Of a stretch of 64,000 nucleotides of DNA, positions 57,068-64,000 are shown piece after piece. Made by a program: the position numbers and the translations under genes. Below the pieces are notes generated by a model. It was not told the origin of the DNA and made no database searches. It saw nothing but the letters and a program-made list of their open reading frames with translations. Positions within the stretch are counted from its first letter, which is position 1; each line of letters begins with the position of its first letter. The DNA comes from Octopus vulgaris. Its lineage: Eukaryota. Where the stretch lies: assembly GCA_951406725.2 (NCBI GenBank), contig OX597818.1, positions 97,216,001 through 97,280,000 on the forward strand, in the 5' to 3' direction.

Positions 57068-58999
57068 GCACGATTTATTCGCGATCAGCGTTGTTCGAAA
57101 ACAGGGGTACTACTTTATATATATATATATATATATATATTAAGAAAATAGAGATAATTAAGTTAATAATTATTTATTAATTACAATATATATATATATA
57201 TATATATATATGAATGTATATATTTATATGCATATGTTCACATACACACACACACACACACACATTTATATGTGTGGTAAAGGCCGAAAGAAGCCAGACA
57301 TTCTGTGGGTACATCATAATTGTTCGGTACTACTTCACTTGAAGTAACGATAAAATGGAAATCGTTGTGTGCTATAGCTGACTGTTGCTGCAAACTGTGA
57401 AATACACCCCCATCCACCCCACACACGTGTATATATACATTTGCAGTTACTCGGGACCAGTAAACAACTGTTTAGTTCTAAAGACTGTTGAACTATCTGG
57501 AGTACTTTTCGTAGTAATCTGTTTAGCCAAAGATACGCGGAGGTTCGAAGTTAATTTTGCCAAGGTCTATTTGATCCTTTGTCTGTTACTCTCTTTATAT
57601 AGAATGTGTTTGTGTTTACAAATTAAGCGGGGAAAATACGCAATATACGAGGTAGAGGCTCTTTATTTTAATTCCTTAATACATTTTGTGCCGGACAATA
57701 ACTACTAAAATATGATGTCACTCTTTTGAAAAATGAGACATATTTCTTCGTTGTAGGTGTTAGGGGAAATTTGTCCCCTAATTAAATTATATTAGAAAAA
57801 TCGTAATAAAAATCACAACAGTTGTGCGTATTGTTCGATAAACTTACCCATGATCATATTTATTCAGAATTTTCATGCAATAAATACCCCACTGAGAACT
57901 GTATTAAACCTTTTTAATTTACAGTATTACTGGATTTAAATAATTGTTCATTTCGACATTGATATAGTTCAACGAGTCAAATTCAGATGAAGCGAACCGA
58001 GAGTGAAAATAATCATTTGAGTACGATAGATTCTTACGATTTATCCTTAATATTTAATGGTTAGTAACAAAATATATATTCTCATAATGCATCCTTAATT
58101 TTTCATGGCTAATAACAAAACATATGAAAAGTAATTATTTTTTCTTATAGTTCCTGACAAGCTAAATGTCATCGACATCATTAGAATACTCCGAATTTGT
58201 TGATCACGAGGAAAATTTCGTAAACCATGAGAATGTGAGAGAAACAAAAAAAAAGTTTAGAATATGAACACACAAACACGGAACGTAGGAGTTTTTCTTT
58301 TTACCTGGTATTCATAATGACCACGAAGGTCACTGTAAAGTTTGTAAAAAAAAGTGACAAAGAAAAACAGAACAAAACTTATCGTGCCGTATATGTGTAC
58401 TAATGTTATGCTTAATAGTTTATTATCTGTTTACTAACATTGTGATAGTTTACAATTTTTTTCTTCTTGTGATCAACGATCCAGGAACACAGTCCGAAGT
58501 CCATGGCATGAAACTTGACGTAAGCGCATAAAAACAACTGCTTTTCATATTTTTATCATGGAATGAAGTCCAACTTATTAAGGCCATCGTAAGCTTTAAA
58601 AAGCAACAACACACTTTCAAAAATATGTTTTGTTTCTAATTATTGTTTCGCAAGTTAGCTAGCTCACCAGCTATACTTTTATTTCCATCTGTTATTTGTA
58701 ATGTACAAGTTTGTATTTCTTTATTGTTATGAATCGTAATATTTGTTTCCTTTGTTGATATAGTACCTGTTTTTCATTGATGCTACTGGTTATTGCCCTC
58801 CACCATCACGAGTTTGTTCCCTCATAACTTTGTTAGTGCATGTTTTTTTTTTTTTATGGAATGTTGCAGATACATTTCTGAAAGTGTAGATGACGATTAT
58901 GTTGATATTTTTTCTATATTATTATTACTACTACTACTACTACTACTATTACTATTCAGTGACTTGCTCATAATTTTTTTATATATAACTTACTGGGTC

Positions 59000-60070
59000 T
59001 AGAGGTAAGGGTAGTTCTCGTGTCCTTTGAAGAACCTCTGAGACTGCTGACACTAATACCATTAATGTTCCACTGATTCTGTTGCAAATCGATGACTGCA
59101 GGAAATACACGAGCAGGGAGGAGATTCCAGAGTGCTATCACATTTAAACTGGTTAATACAGATTTATGGTTAAATAACAATGAATATAGATTCTTTGTAG
59201 AGAATGCATCTTATTATTTAGTGGTAGAATAGGTAAAGAGAGGAAACAGCATACTTGTGGTGCAAAGTATGAAATGGGTGATTTTATGGCAATCAATTGA
59301 GTGGCCCTTTTCTCAGTACAATTTATGATGTCATGCGAAGACATGTTGGGGCAAGCGAAATCGAATTGAACCAGCCAGGATCCCTGGTCTGGTGGTACGT
59401 AAAAAGCACTATCCGACTCGTGGCCGATGCCAGCGCCGCCTCGGCTGGCTTCCGTGCCGGTGGCACATAAAATACACCAATCCGACCGTGGCCGTTCCCA
59501 GCCTCGCCTGGCACCTGTGCAGGTGGGACGTAAAAAGCACCCACTACACTCACGGAGTGGTTGGCATTAGGAAGGGCATCCAGCTGTAGAAACATTGCCA
59601 GATAAGACTGGAGGCTGGTGCAGCCTTCTGGCTTCCCAGATCCCCGGTCGAACCGTCCAACCCATGCTAGCATGGAGAACGGACGTTAAATGATGATGAT
59701 GATGATGATGATGTGTATGTAGCAACAGCACTGTCCCAGATGTGGGCCTTACTTGACCTTTATAGAGTATCAGTAATTGCTGCAGGATGTAATGTTCTCT
59801 GACCTTGAAGAGAAACCAGACTTTGGGATGTAGTCCTTGTTATGTTAAGGATGTGTTTTTACTAGTGGAGATTCTCAGTGATAGTGAAACCTGGAATTTG
59901 GAGTAGCTGTGAAGGATTGAGCTGAGTTCTTTTCATGCTAGGTGTTCTGATTTTTGGATTCTTTTGCTCCCACTGGAGTATGCTTTCAAAGACTGATGTG
60001 TGGATGGTACATTGTTGGGAAAAGTCTGGGAAGAAAGGGAGGTCACATCATCTGCATAGAAGTGGATGTT
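59000..60070 (-). mobile_element. CR1/Jockey-group LINE remnant interrupted by a family C repeat (59330-59712)
   Basis: ALWNLLPARVFP motif; tatgcagatga (YAD) on the minus strand near 60050. Confidence 0.55.
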
Positions 60071-63000
60071 TATCATCATCTTTATCATTTTAATATTCAT
60101 TTTCCCATACTTGCATGGGTAGGGTGGAGTTTATTGGGGTAGATTTTCTACAGCTGGATGCCCTTCTTTTTGCCAACGTTACCTGTTCCCAAGCAAGGTA
60201 ATATTTCCCCATGGCCAGACATGATCTAGAATTTTGGAAATGAATGACATTCAATTACAGCAATCACATGATATCATGACAAAGAGATACCAACACTTAC
60301 ACATAAGTATATAATGGGCTTCTTTCAGTTTCCATCTACCAAATCTACTCACAAGGTTTTGGTCAGCACGGGACAAGATACTTGCCCAAGGTGTCACACC
60401 ATGGAACCAAACCACATGGCTGGCTGAAAAGTAAACTTCTTAACTGTGTAGCCATATGTTGATGTGCAGATATCTTAATTTATGTGTTACAGTTATTACA
60501 CAGGGCAAACTTGTTATTTTTATAATTTTGTTTAGGAGACCTGATCTACTTTCTATCTATTCTTCTTCTAGAATGTAAAGTCATTGAAATAAAAATATCC
60601 TTCCTCATGTCATGGGGGTATATTTTCTTTATTGGTGTATTTTTATTGCTCTGATTCTGCTGTATTTTACATGTGGACAACAGGAAATCTGGCCCGCTAA
60701 CCAACATTAAACTGGGCTCATTACTCAGAAACTGAAAGCATCAATAATAATTGGTTACTATGGGCATTAGAACTTGTCCAGCTTAGGAGACTATATAGCC
60801 AGCATTCAGCTTGATCAATGTTACAACTAAATTTACCTCAACAAATTCTCACCATCTTGAAAGCTGGGAACATGTTTTAAGTTGTGAATGGCTACATCTA
60901 GAAATTTGATTGAAATATTCTTACTAAATGCTTTATAATCTCAGAGACAGAACTCTCACCTATGTGTTATTGACAACCTTCTTGTATTTGAATGGAGATG
61001 TTAACCAGTTCATTGCTGTTATCTGTTTCCTGGTTAATTTTCAACAGTTTATTCATTTTTGTAAAATTGACGTCATAATCTGATAAATAGATTTCCTAAT
61101 CTAAAAAACTACATTCACAAACTGTGCCATCACTATCTCATATTATCAATAGTTGTTAAGTCATATAAAGACCAAAGAAAATACAGGAACACTGCACTCT
61201 GAGCCTAGCCATTTTAAGTTGCACAGTGAATTTTTGAAATTACAGGCATTTAGTCTATGTAAAAAAAATGACATCAAATTAGAAAGCATTTTTAACAGAA
61301 TTTATTTGTGAATAATGTTTTCCAAATTTTGGTAACATGAAAAAAAGAACAAAAACAAAAATGTCTGTGCATGTGTATGAATACACATACATGCATTCAT
61401 TGATTATTTTGTCCATTATGGATTTCTGACTGTTGATTGTTTTCAGTATTACACAGTTTGAAAGCAAAACTTGTTATCTTTTATAATTTTGTTTAGGATA
61501 CCTGATTACTTTCTATCTATTCTTCTTCTAGAATGTAAAGTCATTGAAATAATAATATTTGTACATCATCATCATCATCGTTTAACATCCGTTTTCCATG
61601 CTAGCATGGGTTGAATGGTTTAACCAGGGTCTGGGAAACCAGGAGGCTGCATCAGGCTCCAGTCTGATCTGGCAGTGTTTCTACAGCTGAATGCCCTTCC
61701 TAACGCCAACCACTCCGTGAGTGTGGTGGGTGCTTTTTATGTGCCACCGGCACAGGGGCCAGAGGAGGCTGGCAATGGCCACGATCGGTTGGTGCTTTTT
61801 ACGTGCCACTGGCATGGAAGCCAACTAAGGCGGCGCTGGTATCAGCCACGTTCGGTGCTATTAGTTCCAAACTAGAGTACTTGTGGAAATATCGCAGTTA
61901 ATTTGAAAATTTATATGATTGTTGAAATTTTATAGGAACTAAGAAATAACATAAATTCTACTAGAATGGTCTGTAGATAACAACATGCATCACCAAACTC
62001 TTTTCTTTTATTTGGAAAATGGAATTTTTTCTGAAATATTATGTTATCATTTCATTAACTTCACCTGACATATTTCGCTTAACTCCTTTGCATTGCTTAA
62101 AGATTTTTGCAAACATCTTTTTATATTTAAAAATTTATGTTTTTCTGAAATATTTGATCTTGTCATGGTGTCAAGTCCACACGGATAGTACTGAAGATGC
62201 AGTCTTTGGAGAGAACATTTTTTTAAATGTTCTCTCCTAAATGTTCTTTTAAATGTTCTCTCTTCATTGTACACTCGTCATTTCTACAATAAGAATTGTT
62301 ATCTATTTTAATCTTTGTTAAATAGTGAACTCACTTTAAAAAAAGCTACATATAGTCATCCATAAGAAAATACTCATGAACTTCTCTTTACCATTATATT
62401 GTGATGATGTTACTGAAAGTTTTGAAAATGTAGTCAGAATAATGTATATATCAAAAAAAATAATACCTATAATAAATTCATTAATTTTAATTAAGGAGCA
62501 ATATTGAAGATATTATTTATCTGTAGTTTTGTATTACAAGTACAAGTTGAACTTTTTCATGACTAGCCATGGGATTGCACCTAGGAAGTTACCCTCCCAG
62601 GCACAAGTCTGGGCAAGGTTGTTTATGGAAGACCAGCAGTCGCCCATGCATACCGGCCTCCTCTCTCCACGCCACCAGTGTTATGCAAGGGAAAGGCAAA
62701 GGCCGATACAGCTTGGTACCAGTGATGTTGCAACTCATTTCTACAGCTGGAGCAACGTGAAATAAAGTGTCTTGCTCAAGAATACAACACGCAGCCCGGT
62801 CCAGGATTCAAACTCACAACCTCATGATCGTAAGCTTGACGCTCTAACCACTGAGCCATGCGCCTTCACAAGTACATTAGTAATACTTTAATAAATCATA
62901 ATACACTGTGCTGCTGTAGGGCACACGTGTGGCTGTGTGGTTAATAAGTTCACTTCCCACCCTTGTGGTTTGGGGTTCAGTCCTTCTGTATGGCACCTAT

Positions 63001-64000
63001 GGCAAATGTCTTTTTTTATAGTGTCAGCTTGACCAAAACCTTAAGAATGGATTTGGTAGAAAGAAGCCTATTGTGCCTATGTATATTTGTATATATGTGT
63101 GTATTGTTTGTATCTCTTCAACTAGACATTGCACAATAGTTGTAAATGTGTGTCATGGTCATACAACTGATGTGATTTGTATGTAGTCTTCCATGAAAAC
63201 ATGTCACACAGTATAAACCCACACACCACAAGTTCCAGAACATGTTTCCCCCCAAAAAAAAAAGACACATATGCATACACATATATACACCATCAAAAAA
63301 CGAAAAACATACATACATACACACAGCTAAAAATACACACACACACACAGACAAAACAACACACTACAAAAAACAAACACACATACACACCGAAGCCTTT
63401 AACACATTTAAAACCACAATTAAATATCTAAACACCCACTACCAATCAACAAATAAGGATCTGTCACACAAAGAGTTCCCTCCAAAATAAAATCACATCA
63501 TACACCCACCTACAATATACTATTTCACCAAAGCTACATGCAGGACATCCACAAGAAAATGATCAAAACTCTACTTATGGATAAAGAAGTCTTTGACAAT
63601 ATATCAGAATAATACGCACACAGCAAAACAAATAAATAAATATAATAATAACCATTCTTTCAACCATTTTCTCTGTAGGCATCTGACTAAGATTCCATGT
63701 GTGTTTGTCCCCATCACTACTTGACAACATACATACAAAGTACACAACTATATAATAATAAAAATACACACACACACACAGACAAAACAACACACTACAA
63801 AACACAAACCCGTCTGCCACAGTCAAAACAACCAACAAAAAATATTTAAACACCCCAAACAATCAACAACAAAACAGCAGAGCATAAATCAAAATCACAT
63901 AAAAAAAATATACAAACATATTTCCAATAAACAAAAACAACACACATGCAGAGACACACACAAGCACACACACAGCTGATCAAAACTACTGCTCACATCC

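Overview
AT-rich, microsatellite- and TE-dense eukaryotic DNA; the SINE repertoire, TTAGGG repeats and gene content suggest an octopus/cephalopod genome (inference). Two protein-coding genes are supported, both on the + strand. (1) Six phase-0 exons (312-11481) of a tetraspanin with CCG, PxxCC and GC motifs; the first exon lies upstream of the window, and an intron follows the stop codon. (2) A single-exon 535-aa secreted chitin/polysaccharide deacetylase (CE4/NodB; 35676-37283). Its C-terminal cysteine-rich tail is split by a ~130-aa Cys-free insert bracketed by convertase sites (RRISKR ... RKKR), which resembles a proinsulin C-peptide; this is the most intriguing observation. The rest is tRNA-derived SINEs, Dong/R4, RTE, CR1-group and Tx1-like LINE remnants, non-autonomous Helitrons, hAT, Tigger and piggyBac-like MITEs, Penelope-type repeats with hammerhead ribozymes, two long palindromes and TTAGGG-bearing elements. 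CpG decay in repeats beyond ~50 kb plus splice signals hint at a divergent promoter near 57-58.5 kb. Most short ORFs in the supplied track are microsatellite or TE artefacts. TE boundaries were read by eye and are approximate unless TSDs are quoted.
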